From: an uncultured Aliarcobacter sp.
Lineage (GTDB): Bacteria > Campylobacterota > Campylobacteria > Campylobacterales > Arcobacteraceae
Assembly: GCA_963664305.2 (NCBI GenBank)
Contig: CAXXLV010000002.1
Location: 64,001-128,000 of the forward strand
DNA: 64,000 nt
Reading direction: 5' to 3'
A program made the translations under genes and the position numbers. Shown here in pieces: positions 1 to 10,777 of the stretch. Position 1 is the first letter of the stretch, and the number at the start of each line of letters is the position of its first letter. A model generated the notes under the pieces. It did not search any database and was not told the DNA's origin. It saw only the letters and a list, made by a program, of their open reading frames with translations.

Positions 1-1500
1 ATAGAACAAAGAATTAAAAAACCAATAAGACTTGTTCAAACTTCAAGTTTTCATGAATCTTTAGAAGCAGCAAAAAATAAAAAATGTGATATTTTATCTT
101 CAGCAGTTTGGACTAAAGATAGAGAAGAATATTTAAGTTTTACAAAACCATATTTAAATGTTCCTTTAGTTCTTCTAACAAAAAGTGAGACATCATTTAT
201 AAACAATTTGAGTTCTTTAAAAAAGAAAAAAATATCAGTTATTGAAAATTATGCGATTATAAGAGAATTAGAAAAAAAATATAAAGATATAGAGTTTATT
301 CCTGTAAAAAATATTGATGAGGGAATTAAAAAGATTTTAGATGGTGAAACATTTGGTCACGTTGATGCGATTTCAACTTCGTGGTATAAAATTCAAACTA
401 AATATTTGAGTAAAATAGCAATTTCAGCAAAATTAGATGAGAGTATGGATGTTTCTATTGCTGTAAATCATGATGATAATATTTTATATGGAATATTACA
501 AAAAGCTGTTTTAAGTATAGATGAATTAGTTAAAAATGAGATGCTTAATAAATGGATTTTTACTGAACATAAAAAAGAGTTTGATTATTCAATTATTTGG
601 AAAATTTCATTAGGATTGTTATTGATTTTTATAGCAATTTTATATAGACAAAAGCTTTTGAAAAAGTTAAATGAACAATTACAAAATGCTGTAAATGACA
701 AAACAAAAGAATTAAAAGAGATAAATGTTCAGCTTGAAGATAGAATCAAAAAAGAGGTTGAAGAAAATCTAAAAAAAGATAGACTTTTATCTCAACAACA
801 AAAAATGGTTTCTATGGGACAAATGATAGAAAATATTGCTCATCAATGGAGACAACCATTATCTTTGATTACAACAAGTGCAAGTGGAATGAAATTAAAA
901 AAACAGATAAATGATTTAGATGATGAATTCTTTTATAAAACAGTTGATTCAATATTAAATACATCAAAATATTTATCAAATACAATAGATGATTTTAGAT
1001 ATTTTTTCAAACCTCAAAAAGATAAAGAAGATTTTTATTTAGAAAAATGTTGTAAAAAAACAATAGATTTATTAAGTGCAAATTTTGTAGAAAATAGAAT
1101 AAAAATTGTAGATAATATTGAAAATATCAAAATTTGTGGATATGAAACAGAGTTAATTCAAGTATTGATTAATATATTAAATAATGCAAAAGATGCTTTA
1201 TTAGGAATTGATGATGAAAGATTGATTTTTATAGATATTACTAAAGATAATGGAAAAGCAATTATTAAAATAAGAGATAATGCAGGTGGAATCGAACCTT
1301 CAATCATTGAAAAAGTTTTTGAACCATATTTTACAACTAAGCATCAACATCAAGGAACTGGTATTGGATTGTATATGTGTCAAGAAATAATCAATAAACA
1401 TATGGATGGATATATAGATATTTCAAATACTGAATTTAATCATATGGACAGAAATTATAAAGGAACTTTAGTTTTAATAGTAATAGATAGTATCTGCTAG
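1..1500 (+). CDS. Sensor histidine kinase with periplasmic substrate-binding domain (5'-partial)
   Basis: Frame is open from base 1; TM segment; H-box IENIAHQWRQPL, N-box NILNNAKDA, G-boxes DNAGGI and GTGIGLY. Confidence 0.9.
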   Translation: MEQRIKKPIRLVQTSSFHESLEAAKNKKCDILSSAVWTKDREEYLSFTKPYLNVPLVLLTKSETSFINNLSSLKKKKISVIENYAIIRELEKKYKDIEFIPVKNIDEGIKKILDGETFGHVDAISTSWYKIQTKYLSKIAISAKLDESMDVSIAVNHDDNILYGILQKAVLSIDELVKNEMLNKWIFTEHKKEFDYSIIWKISLGLLLIFIAILYRQKLLKKLNEQLQNAVNDKTKELKEINVQLEDRIKKEVEENLKKDRLLSQQQKMVSMGQMIENIAHQWRQPLSLITTSASGMKLKKQINDLDDEFFYKTVDSILNTSKYLSNTIDDFRYFFKPQKDKEDFYLEKCCKKTIDLLSANFVENRIKIVDNIENIKICGYETELIQVLINILNNAKDALLGIDDERLIFIDITKDNGKAIIKIRDNAGGIEPSIIEKVFEPYFTTKHQHQGTGIGLYMCQEIINKHMDGYIDISNTEFNHMDRNYKGTLVLIVIDSIC

Positions 1501-1563
1501 AATTTATTATTTTTCTAATTTTCTTTGGATATAATTTAATCAATTAAAATATAGGAAAACTAT

Positions 1564-2832
1564 TTGAATTGGTTAGATATAGATAAAACTCATGTATGGC
1601 ATCCTTATAACGCACTTCCTTCAAAAACAAAAATTCTTCCTGTAAAAAGAACAGATAAAACAACAATATTTTTAGAAACAGGTGAAGAATTAATTGATGG
1701 AATGAGCTCTTGGTGGAGTGCAATTCATGGATATAATAATCCAAAATTAAATGAAGCCTTAAAAAAGCAAGTCGATATTATGCCACATATTATGTTTGGT
1801 GGATTAGCACATGAACAAGCTTCACTTCTGTGTGAAAAATTAGTTAAATTAACTGGATTAAATTCTGTTTTTTTATGTGATAGTGGTTCTGTTTCAGTTG
1901 AAGTTGCACTAAAAACAGCAATTCTTTATCAAAAAGCAAAAAATCTAAATAAATATAAATTTTTAGCGTCAAAAAATGCATATCATGGTGATACTTTAGG
2001 TGCTATGAGTGTTTGTGACCCTGAAAACTCAATGCATTCAATCTATGGTTCATATTTAAGTGAACATATTTTTACAAAATCACCAGCTCTTGGATTTAAT
2101 ACTGATTGTTCAAAAGAGATAGAAGAATTAGAAAAAATATTTGAAAAACATCATAATGAAATTGCTGGATTTATTTTAGAACCAATCGTACAAGGTGCAG
2201 GAGGAATGAGAATTTATAATCCTACATATCTAAAAAAAGCAAGAGAACTTTGTTCTAAATATGACATTCTACTTATTTTAGATGAAATTGCAACTGGTTT
2301 TGGACATACTGGAAAAATGTTTGCTTTTGAGCATGCTAATATTAAACCAGATATTATAACTGTAGGAAAAGGTTTAACTGGTGGTTATATGACTATGGCT
2401 GCTATGATTACTTCAAAAGATGTGAGTGATACTATTTCTAATAGTGAAATCGGTGTATTAATGCATGGACCAACCTTTATGGCAAATCCATTGGCTTGTA
2501 GTGTAGCAAATGCAAGTATAGATTTACTTCTAAATTCTTCTTGGCAAAATAAAGTAAAAAGAATTGAAGAAATTTTTACAGAAGAGTTAGAAAAAATAAA
2601 AGGACATCCTTTAGTAAAAGATGTAAGAAATATTGGAGCTATTGGAGTAATAGAATTAAAAGATGATTGTTACGCTCAAGAAGTTCAAGATTTCTGTGTT
2701 AAAAATGGAGTTTGGTTAAGACCTTTTGGAAAGTTAGTTTATTCAATTGTTGCATATACTATAGAAGAAAAGGATTTAGTAAAAATAATAAGAACAATGT
2801 GTGAAGCAATAAAATCTATAAAGAAAAGTTAA
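1564..2832 (+). CDS. bioA: Adenosylmethionine-8-amino-7-oxononanoate transaminase
   Basis: HVWHPY, DGMSSWW, DEIATGFG, GKGLTGG, HGPTFMANPLAC motifs. Confidence 0.95.
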   Translation: MNWLDIDKTHVWHPYNALPSKTKILPVKRTDKTTIFLETGEELIDGMSSWWSAIHGYNNPKLNEALKKQVDIMPHIMFGGLAHEQASLLCEKLVKLTGLNSVFLCDSGSVSVEVALKTAILYQKAKNLNKYKFLASKNAYHGDTLGAMSVCDPENSMHSIYGSYLSEHIFTKSPALGFNTDCSKEIEELEKIFEKHHNEIAGFILEPIVQGAGGMRIYNPTYLKKARELCSKYDILLILDEIATGFGHTGKMFAFEHANIKPDIITVGKGLTGGYMTMAAMITSKDVSDTISNSEIGVLMHGPTFMANPLACSVANASIDLLLNSSWQNKVKRIEEIFTEELEKIKGHPLVKDVRNIGAIGVIELKDDCYAQEVQDFCVKNGVWLRPFGKLVYSIVAYTIEEKDLVKIIRTMCEAIKSIKKS

Positions 2833-3489
2833 ATGAAAAAAGATAATTTAAAAAAATTAGTAGCAAATTTGCCAAAACATCCAAATGTTTTAGGAAGACA
2901 TAGATTTTTTAATAGTGCTGTGTTAATTCCTCTTGTAAAAATTAAAGGTGAATATCATTTACTTTTTCAAAAAAGAGCTTCTCATATTAGACAAGGTGGC
3001 GATATTTGTTTTCCTGGTGGTGGTTTTGAAGAAGGTGTTGATAAAGATTTTAAAGATACAGCTTTAAGAGAGACTTTTGAAGAGTTAGGAATTGAAAAAA
3101 AAGATATAAAAATTTTAGGACAACTTGATACTTATGTAGCTCCAATTGGTGCAGTGATTGAATCATTTGTAGCAAGAGTTAAGAAAAAAGCATATAAAAA
3201 TATGAAAATTGACCATAATGAAGTTGAAAAAACTTTATTAATTCCTATTACTTTTTTTAAAGAAAATGAACCAGAAGAGTATACTTTAGCCCATGAAATT
3301 CAACCATATAAAGTTGATGAAAATGGAAATAAAGAGGTGTTCTTCCCTGTTGAAGAGTTAGGACTTCCTGATACTTATAAAAAACCTTGGGGAAATAAAA
3401 AACATAAAATTTGGGTTTATAAATATGATGGTGAAGTAATTTGGGGAATTACTTCAGTTTTAATAAAAGATGTAATAGATAAGTATTAA
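2833..3489 (+). CDS. NUDIX hydrolase, CoA pyrophosphatase-like
   Basis: SAVLIPL, ICFPGG, ALRETFEELG Nudix box, C-terminal IWGIT. Confidence 0.88.
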   Translation: MKKDNLKKLVANLPKHPNVLGRHRFFNSAVLIPLVKIKGEYHLLFQKRASHIRQGGDICFPGGGFEEGVDKDFKDTALRETFEELGIEKKDIKILGQLDTYVAPIGAVIESFVARVKKKAYKNMKIDHNEVEKTLLIPITFFKENEPEEYTLAHEIQPYKVDENGNKEVFFPVEELGLPDTYKKPWGNKKHKIWVYKYDGEVIWGITSVLIKDVIDKY

Positions 3490-3827
3490 ATAGTCATTAC
3501 AGCATAAGTTTCATCTTTTAAAGCTTTAGTTAAAAGCTCTCCTGTATGTGTGATTTCTATATTTAATTCATTTAAAATAGAAGTTGCATCATAATCTTCA
3601 ACGCAAACAATACAAGCACTCATTTTTACACCAGTTTTTTGGATTTTTAGAAGTTGTTCTTGGATATTTTTATTTTCTTTTGCAAGTTTTATAGATGGTC
3701 CCCAAAGCATTAAGTGAGCTGTTTGCCAATATCCTCTATCTAAAATAACTGAAGAATAAAGTAATGGAAATTTATTTGCAACTTCAATATCACCATTTGT
3801 CCAAACAATTAATAAATTATCTTTCAT
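3486..3827 (-). CDS. DsrE-like protein
   Basis: LWGPS motif and ACIVC cysteine pair, 113 aa. Confidence 0.65.
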   Translation of the reverse strand: MKDNLLIVWTNGDIEVANKFPLLYSSVILDRGYWQTAHLMLWGPSIKLAKENKNIQEQLLKIQKTGVKMSACIVCVEDYDATSILNELNIEITHTGELLTKALKDETYAVMTI

Positions 3828-3947
3828 ATTTTTCCCTATAATTAATTTTTTGAATTATATAATAATCATTATATTTTTTGTAAATAAGCTTTATGGCATG
3901 GTATGATATTATAATTTTTATAAAATAAAATTATATTAGGTAGTTAG

Positions 3948-4751
3948 ATGTTCGGATTTGAATTCTTATTTGCGTATGCTTTATTAGGTATAGTTGTTGG
4001 AATTGCAGCTGGTTTATTAGGAATTGGTGGTGGAGGAATAATAGTTCCTGTACTTACAACACTTTTTTTAGCACAAGGGATTTCTACTGAAAATGTTGTA
4101 CATCTTGCACTTGGGACTTCAATGGCTACGATAGTTATAACATCAATTTCTAGTTTAAGAGCTCATAATAAAAAAAATGGTGTTATTTGGGATGTGGTAA
4201 AAATGATGGCACCTGGAATTTTAATAGGAACATTTTTAGCAACATTTTTAGCTTCTGTTTTAAGTTCATTATTTTTAGCTGTTTTCTTTTCTATTTTTAT
4301 GGCATATGTTTCTATTCAAATGTTTTTAAATAAAAAGCCAAAACCTAGTAGAACTTTGTTCACTCCAATAATCCAATTTTTTTCCGCTTCAATAATAGGA
4401 GCAATTTCAGCCTTAGTTTCTATTGGTGGTGGATCACTTAGTGTTCCTTATTTATTGTGGCAAAATGTTGAGTTGAAAAAAGCAATAGGTACAAGTTCAG
4501 CTATTGGTTTACCAATAGCAATAAGTGGAACATTAGGTTATATGATAAATGGTTGGTCACATACAAATTTAGATAATTTGATGTTAGGTTATGTTTCTTT
4601 ACCAGCTTTTTTTATGGTTGCCTTTTTTAGTTTTTTAACTGCACCAATTGGTGTTAAATTGGTTCATATTTTACCTGTTGAAATTGTAAAAAAAGTTTTT
4701 GCTTGCTTATTAATGTTTTTAAGTATTAAAATGTTACTAACATTTATTTAA
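3948..4751 (+). CDS. Sulfite exporter TauE/SafE (TSUP) family membrane protein
   Basis: GLLGIGGGGIIVP and SIGGGSLSVP repeats, ALGTS/AIGTS, multiple TM segments. Confidence 0.9.
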   Translation: MFGFEFLFAYALLGIVVGIAAGLLGIGGGGIIVPVLTTLFLAQGISTENVVHLALGTSMATIVITSISSLRAHNKKNGVIWDVVKMMAPGILIGTFLATFLASVLSSLFLAVFFSIFMAYVSIQMFLNKKPKPSRTLFTPIIQFFSASIIGAISALVSIGGGSLSVPYLLWQNVELKKAIGTSSAIGLPIAISGTLGYMINGWSHTNLDNLMLGYVSLPAFFMVAFFSFLTAPIGVKLVHILPVEIVKKVFACLLMFLSIKMLLTFI

Positions 4752-4765
4752 AAAAAGAGAGAATT

Positions 4766-4843
4766 ATGAATAGAATATTATTAGAAGATATAGAGATCAA
4801 ACCTTCAAAAGTTGTTTGTATAGGAAGAAATTATATGGATCAC
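4766..4843 (+). pseudogene. 5' fragment (codons 1-26) of host FAH-family gene, interrupted by the island
   Basis: ATG at 4766 gives MNRILLEDIEIKPSKVVCIGRNYMDH; the K-x-x-C-I-G-R-N-Y-x-x-H motif is the FAH N-terminus; stop at 4850-4852 just inside the island. Confidence 0.9.
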
Positions 4844-4859
4844 ACCCATTAGTTAGATA
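4844..4859 (+). repeat. Left terminal inverted repeat of island
   Basis: acccattagttagata matches the reverse complement of 31144-31159 (acctattagttaaata) at 14/16. Confidence 0.8.
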
Positions 4860-4947
4860 CATAAAACTTACACTCATTAGTATAAATTTTATGTACAATA
4901 GTTGATTTACTATGATAATATAGGGAAAATTATTTTTAGGATTTCCT

Positions 4948-6366
4948 ATGTTAAAAAATTTTATTACAAATTTAGAAATTTACACTCCCACAATTAAATC
5001 AAATAATAATCTCCCAATAGCTAACGAAAATGGTGAGGTCATTTATTATAAAAAGATTGAAAATAATAATGATGAATCAAACATCTATTATGAATTTCCT
5101 TTTGTAGTTAAAAGTGATGGAACTCTTTGGTATGAAGCTAATATGTATTTATTATGGAAAATTGATAATAATCCTACAATTGATCCCCAAACATTAAAAA
5201 ATCACTCTTTTTCATTGCAAGATTATATTAATTTTTGCGAGAGAGAAAATATTGATTGGAGTGTTGCAAAAAAAATTACATCTAGACCTAATTGGAAATA
5301 TAGAAAATATTTAGATGAAAGACTATTAAATGGTGAAATATGTCCAAATACACTGAAAAAAATTATTAGTCCCAATACATCTTTTTATAATTATATGATA
5401 GATGTTAGAGGACATTCTTTTGATGTTAAATTATTTAATTTAATAAAATCAACTATTTTCAATAAGAATAAGTATGGAAGAATTTTTCTCAAGGATGTAA
5501 ATTGTTATGATATTAATCAAGTTAATATATCTGTGAATCGTTATGATGAAAGTATAATAGATGATGGTAAAAAATTAAAACCATTGACTTATAAAGAGCA
5601 GAGTATTTTGTTTAATACATTAAGCATTTTAAATAATTATGAAATGAAATTGATTTTTCTTTTTTCAGTTCTTACTGGAGCTAGAATTGAAACAGTTCTT
5701 ACATTACGCTTGAAACATTTTGTTAATAGTTTACCTATAAATTATTCTGAGAATGAAATTTTAAAATGGCAAAATAATCAAGAAAAGTTTGATTCTATTT
5801 CAAAATATTTTTTACCTGTAGGTCCAGGAACAGGTGTAGATACTAAAAAAGATAATAATTATGATTTAGTTTTGTCAAAAAGATTAAAAGAATTAATCAT
5901 TACGTATATAATTTCTAAAACAGCATTTAATCGTAGAAGTAAAGCAAAGCCTCAATCTAGTGAATTAGAACAATATGTATTTCTTTCAAATAGAAGTAAC
6001 CCTTATTTTATATCATCTACTGATATACATAGAAAAGAAAATAAAAATAAAAATAAACAAAAAGGGGGAACAATAAATACTTTTATTTGCAATACTTTAA
6101 AACCTAAATTAAAAGAATTAAATAGATTTTTTCCTTTTCATTTTCATAACTTGAGAGCAACTTTTGCAATGAATTATCTGATAATAAATCAACCATTAGT
6201 AGATAAAGGAATGATGACTCAACTTCAATTAGCTTTAAATTTACAAAAGTTAATGGGTCATAAAAAAATAACAAGCACCATGAAATATATTGATTATTAT
6301 AGTCTAACTAAAGATATAAATCAAGCTCATGACTTTCATGAAGAAAAACTTTTAAGTTGGTTATAA
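4948..6366 (+). CDS. Tyrosine recombinase (GinA-like)
   Basis: TGARIETVLTLR (R), HFHNLRATF (HxxR), LMGHKKITSTMKY (H, Y). Confidence 0.9.
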   Translation: MLKNFITNLEIYTPTIKSNNNLPIANENGEVIYYKKIENNNDESNIYYEFPFVVKSDGTLWYEANMYLLWKIDNNPTIDPQTLKNHSFSLQDYINFCERENIDWSVAKKITSRPNWKYRKYLDERLLNGEICPNTLKKIISPNTSFYNYMIDVRGHSFDVKLFNLIKSTIFNKNKYGRIFLKDVNCYDINQVNISVNRYDESIIDDGKKLKPLTYKEQSILFNTLSILNNYEMKLIFLFSVLTGARIETVLTLRLKHFVNSLPINYSENEILKWQNNQEKFDSISKYFLPVGPGTGVDTKKDNNYDLVLSKRLKELIITYIISKTAFNRRSKAKPQSSELEQYVFLSNRSNPYFISSTDIHRKENKNKNKQKGGTINTFICNTLKPKLKELNRFFPFHFHNLRATFAMNYLIINQPLVDKGMMTQLQLALNLQKLMGHKKITSTMKYIDYYSLTKDINQAHDFHEEKLLSWL

Positions 6367-6367
6367 A

Positions 6368-8332
6368 ATGAAGAATAAAAAATATTTTAATATAGAAAAT
6401 TTGACGGAAATTCACACATTATATATAAATTATGATGAGTTATTAAATATGATTATTGATGAAGAACGTAAAAATATTGATTATTCACGTATTGGATTAA
6501 TGTATAAAAAATTAAGAATCAATTTATCTCATATTATGTATAAAAAAGTTGTTAAAAAAACTTACGGTAATAAAGGGGCTAAATATTTTGTAGATTTAGA
6601 AACTTTAAATAGTAAAAATTCAAAAATAATTGATGATTTAATAAAAATGCTTTGTCAATATAACATATGTAATCCAATAAAAAATATTAATTCTATAAAG
6701 AATATTATAAATAGTGTACTATATTTTATTAATTGGATTAATGAACAATCCAAAGATTATCCTATTATATTGGATGAAGGAATTAATTGTTTTATAGAGT
6801 ATAAAATATATTTAAGAAGTTTAATTAAAAATAATTTAATTGTTTCTACTACTGCACATTTTAGAAGTGTATGGGCATTGAAATTATTAGAAATTTCAGT
6901 AAATGATAATGAAGGAATAATATCAAAAGATATCAATGTTATAAAAGGGAAGGAAATTAAAAATAATGATTTCTCAATCACTACGAAGTCTGAAAAAGAA
7001 TTTGAATATGTATTTGCTTTTTATTATAATTTTTTCAATCAAGTTAGTGATTTCTTACTTGAAAAAAGATCTTATCCCTATTCAATTTCATTACCAAGAG
7101 GTCCTGCAACCATAATTCCAAGTTTAAAAGCAAAAGTTATCCCTTCATATCAAGAATATGGTAATAATAATATTGCAATTGATCATTATGATGGTCATAT
7201 ATTAAATGATCATGAAATTGAATTAATAACATCTGAATTAAAAGGAAAAGAACGTTGGAATAAGAAAAGTAGTATTAAAGTTGCAAGGAATAAGCTATTA
7301 CTATTATTATCAGAAGTTAATGAACAATTTAATCATGAACATAGACTTTCCCTTTCCAAAAGAGCAATGGATGCCTGGTATATGATTATGCTTGCAATTA
7401 CTGGTACTAATGAATCTTCATTAGGTAAATTAAAGTGGAATAATAAGTTTTGTATTACAAGAGATGAATATAATTTTTTAGCTATAAAAAGTAGAGCTAA
7501 TAATAAAAAAGTTCTTTTCAAAATTAGAAAAGGATTTAAAAAAGCATTTGAAAAGTTTCTTAAATTACGTGAATTTGCTTTAAATGGTTATAGTTGTGAA
7601 TATTTATTTTTTGGTGGATATTCTGAAAATTCAAAAATTGTTCAAAATCAAATTGAGGGTTCTCGGGCAGCTGAAATTTATAAAACATTTCTATCTATAG
7701 ATAATAAACTACCCCGTATTTTATCAAGAGATTTTCGTAAAGATTATGGGAATGATTTTTATAAGACAAAGGGTTTAATTGTTGCTTCTGTTGCTCTACA
7801 ACATGATCTCAGTACACATTTACAGCATTATTCTGGTGAAACAAAAGAAGAAAAAGCAAAACAAATAGAAAATTTTTTTGCATCAGTACATACAACAGTT
7901 ACAAATGATATTAATAAAAATATTCAAAAAACTGCATCAGGAAATTGTGATTGTATAGAGGAATTAACACCTGAAATAATAATTGAACAAGATCTAGAAA
8001 TAGAACTTGAATGTATGGATCAAAAAAGTTGTTTGTGGTGTGTGCATTATAGAATTCATAATAATGAAGAAGATATTAGAAAATTGATGAGTATTAAGTA
8101 TATTGTTATAGAGATTTCTTTATCAAGGGCTGAAAATAAAGAACATTATAAAAAAGTTATAAATCCTTGGTTAAATCGTATTGAAATGATATGTAAAGAA
8201 ATGATTAGCTTAGATTCAAATTCAAAACTATTAATAAATAAAATATGGGAAGAAGTAAAATATGAAGGCAAGCTTACTCCATATTGGTTAAGATGGTTAG
8301 ATTTATTAGATGAGTTAGGAGTTTTAAAATGA
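6368..8332 (+). CDS. Degenerate tyrosine-recombinase-like protein (GinB-like)
   Basis: ITGTNES (first R absent), SRDFRK, LQH...HYS, C-terminal Cys cluster CxxxxxCLWCVHY; 1 bp gap after the first recombinase gene. Confidence 0.7.
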   Translation: MKNKKYFNIENLTEIHTLYINYDELLNMIIDEERKNIDYSRIGLMYKKLRINLSHIMYKKVVKKTYGNKGAKYFVDLETLNSKNSKIIDDLIKMLCQYNICNPIKNINSIKNIINSVLYFINWINEQSKDYPIILDEGINCFIEYKIYLRSLIKNNLIVSTTAHFRSVWALKLLEISVNDNEGIISKDINVIKGKEIKNNDFSITTKSEKEFEYVFAFYYNFFNQVSDFLLEKRSYPYSISLPRGPATIIPSLKAKVIPSYQEYGNNNIAIDHYDGHILNDHEIELITSELKGKERWNKKSSIKVARNKLLLLLSEVNEQFNHEHRLSLSKRAMDAWYMIMLAITGTNESSLGKLKWNNKFCITRDEYNFLAIKSRANNKKVLFKIRKGFKKAFEKFLKLREFALNGYSCEYLFFGGYSENSKIVQNQIEGSRAAEIYKTFLSIDNKLPRILSRDFRKDYGNDFYKTKGLIVASVALQHDLSTHLQHYSGETKEEKAKQIENFFASVHTTVTNDINKNIQKTASGNCDCIEELTPEIIIEQDLEIELECMDQKSCLWCVHYRIHNNEEDIRKLMSIKYIVIEISLSRAENKEHYKKVINPWLNRIEMICKEMISLDSNSKLLINKIWEEVKYEGKLTPYWLRWLDLLDELGVLK

Positions 8333-10357
8333 TTGTAGAAAATTATCCTTTTTATGATTTTGAAGATATTGAAGATTTAAGAAATCCTGATAAGTTATTT
8401 TCTGATTCATCAAAAAAATACATAGAACCTAAAGCGGATTTTGTAATTAGTAGAAACTCTTTAGGGGAAAAAATTTCTTCGTATGGAGATGATATTTGGG
8501 ATTTGACCCCCTTATTCAAGAAAAACTATAAATATTCATTTTGAAACGATTTTAGATGATGAACTAAAAAAAGAATCTAAACGTATTTTATTTATGTATT
8601 TATTTAAAACAGAAGGAAAAGGATCATCACATGTAAGTGGAGAAAGTTTAAATGGTGTTTATTTAATGGGAGTACGACCAATAATAGATTTTATTTTTCC
8701 TAAGAAATTCACACTTAAACAATTTTTTGAAAATGATAAATATATAAATGATTATTTAAAATATATAGAAAAAAATTGTTTATATATATGTATTCATTTT
8801 CAAATCATTTTGAATCTTTTAAATAAATTGAGAGTAGAACACAGTGGCATAAATTATAAAGAATCAAAAAATAATAATCAGAAATTAGCACAACTTATTA
8901 AAACTTATACTGATAATATGAATCAAACTGAAGTTATTCCAGTCGGAATTTATGTAAAAGCTGCACAAATGCGTTGGCAATATATTGAAGAAATAGAAAA
9001 AAATATTGGAAATATAGTTGGTTTTCTAAAAGAAATGATAGAAAATGAAAATTTTGCATATTCTACTAAAGGCTGCAAAATTGATAAAAATGGTAAAACA
9101 AAAAGATGGATACAAATAGAAAATTTTATTTCTTGGGGAGATGCTGTAAATAAGTATAATTTAAAAGATTTTTATGAAAAATATAATGTAGAATGTAGAC
9201 AACAAGTTCAAAAAATAATTAGATTGATTCAAGGTACATGTCGACATTTAATTCATATGTATACGGGGATGAGAGATAATGAGTGCAGAACTTTAGAAAG
9301 TGATTGTTTTCTTGAAGCAAATGATGAACTACCATGTAGAATACAAGGGATAGAGACCAAAATACATGGAAAATCTACAAAACAAGTATGGATTACGCAT
9401 TCTGAAATAAAAAGAGTAATTACTATTTTAAATCTTATAACTGAACCAATATATGAATTTTATACACCATACTTAACAAAAAAACCTTTAATTATTTCTC
9501 CTGGATTTTTATTAAATCAGAAAAGGAACAAATATTATGAATATCAAGCTTCAGTTGCACGAAGTCTTGGAAAACATAGTTTAAGTGAAATGAAATTAAA
9601 TAATGAACAAATTTCAGTTAAACAATCTCATATAGAAGATGAATTAATGGTGATTGATCCAATTCGTAATTGGACTAATCACAAATGGTTAAAAATTGGA
9701 AAAGCTTGGAATTTTACTTCTCATCAATATAGGAGAAGTTTAGCTGTGTATTCATTAGGAAGTGGTTTAGTTTCCATTTTTGCTTTAAAAGAACAATTTG
9801 GACATCTTTTATCAGATATGACAGAATACTATGGTAATGGATATTTAAAAGCAAAAAATATTTTAGGTATAGAAGATAAAGATCACATTGCAAATTATAT
9901 TAAACGTAATGCTATATATATTGAGGCTATGACTTTTACTAAGGAGGTACTATTATCTGATGAAATACTTTTTGGTGGGGGTGGGATTTTTTTTGATAAA
10001 TATCTAGTCGCAAAAACTCCTGAAGCAAAAAATGTAATTTTAAAAAATCTTTCATTAACAATAAAACAAGTTGAAAAAGGTGAATTACGTTGGCATTCCA
10101 CACCATTAGGTGGGTGTGTAACTTTAGATCCTTGTGATAAATATTTGATACCTACTTCTCTTTTTTCATGTATTAAATGTGAGTATTCTGTTCAAAAAAT
10201 TTCAAAAATTGAAAAAATCATAACATTACAAGAAAAATATATTAATGAGTTTGATATAAGAGATTTAAATTCTATAACACATAGAACAGAAGTTAAAAAA
10301 TTATCAGAATTAAAGAATTATTTAAATTTTTTAAAAGCAAAAGTAAAAATTAATTAA
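8329..10357 (+). pseudogene. Tyrosine recombinase (GinC-like), +1 frameshift in C5 run 8507-8511
   Basis: ORFs 8329-8544 and 8594-10357 fuse to 675 aa if one C is removed (WDLTPYSRKTINIHF...); YTGMRDNE, SHQYRRSLA, QFGH...TEYY motifs intact. Confidence 0.85.
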
Positions 10358-10368
10358 AGGAAAATTCT

Positions 10369-10725
10369 ATGTCAATTGAAGAAGAATATGAGGCTGCAAG
10401 ATTAAGAATTAAAAAAAATAAGCCACTAATAGTTCCAAAATTTACAAAAGTATCTTATGATTCAGTAGCTTTAGAAGCGGGAAAAAAAGAAGGTTCTATT
10501 AGAAAATCAAGATATCCAGAATTATATGAAAGAATTACAAAAGATAAAGAAGAGTATGAAACAAGTGAAGTAAATGAGTGTAAAGCTTTAAATAAAAGAT
10601 ATAGAAAAGATATTGAAGATTATAAAGTTAGATTGTCAGAAATGTATAATAGGGAGCTAATGTTATTAAAAAGATTAGAAGAATTGGAAAAGATTATTGA
10701 AAATTTTAATAAAAGAAATTTTTAA
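10369..10725 (+). CDS. Small HTH/coiled-coil accessory protein (GinD/TnpC-like)
   Basis: VSYDSVALEAGKKEGSIRKSRYPEL followed by a coiled coil; last gene of the recombinase operon; RBS aagga. Confidence 0.7.
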   Translation: MSIEEEYEAARLRIKKNKPLIVPKFTKVSYDSVALEAGKKEGSIRKSRYPELYERITKDKEEYETSEVNECKALNKRYRKDIEDYKVRLSEMYNRELMLLKRLEELEKIIENFNKRNF

Positions 10726-10777
10726 AATAGGTTTTTAAATAAACTTATTTTATTATAAAATAAAAAAGGTATAGAGC

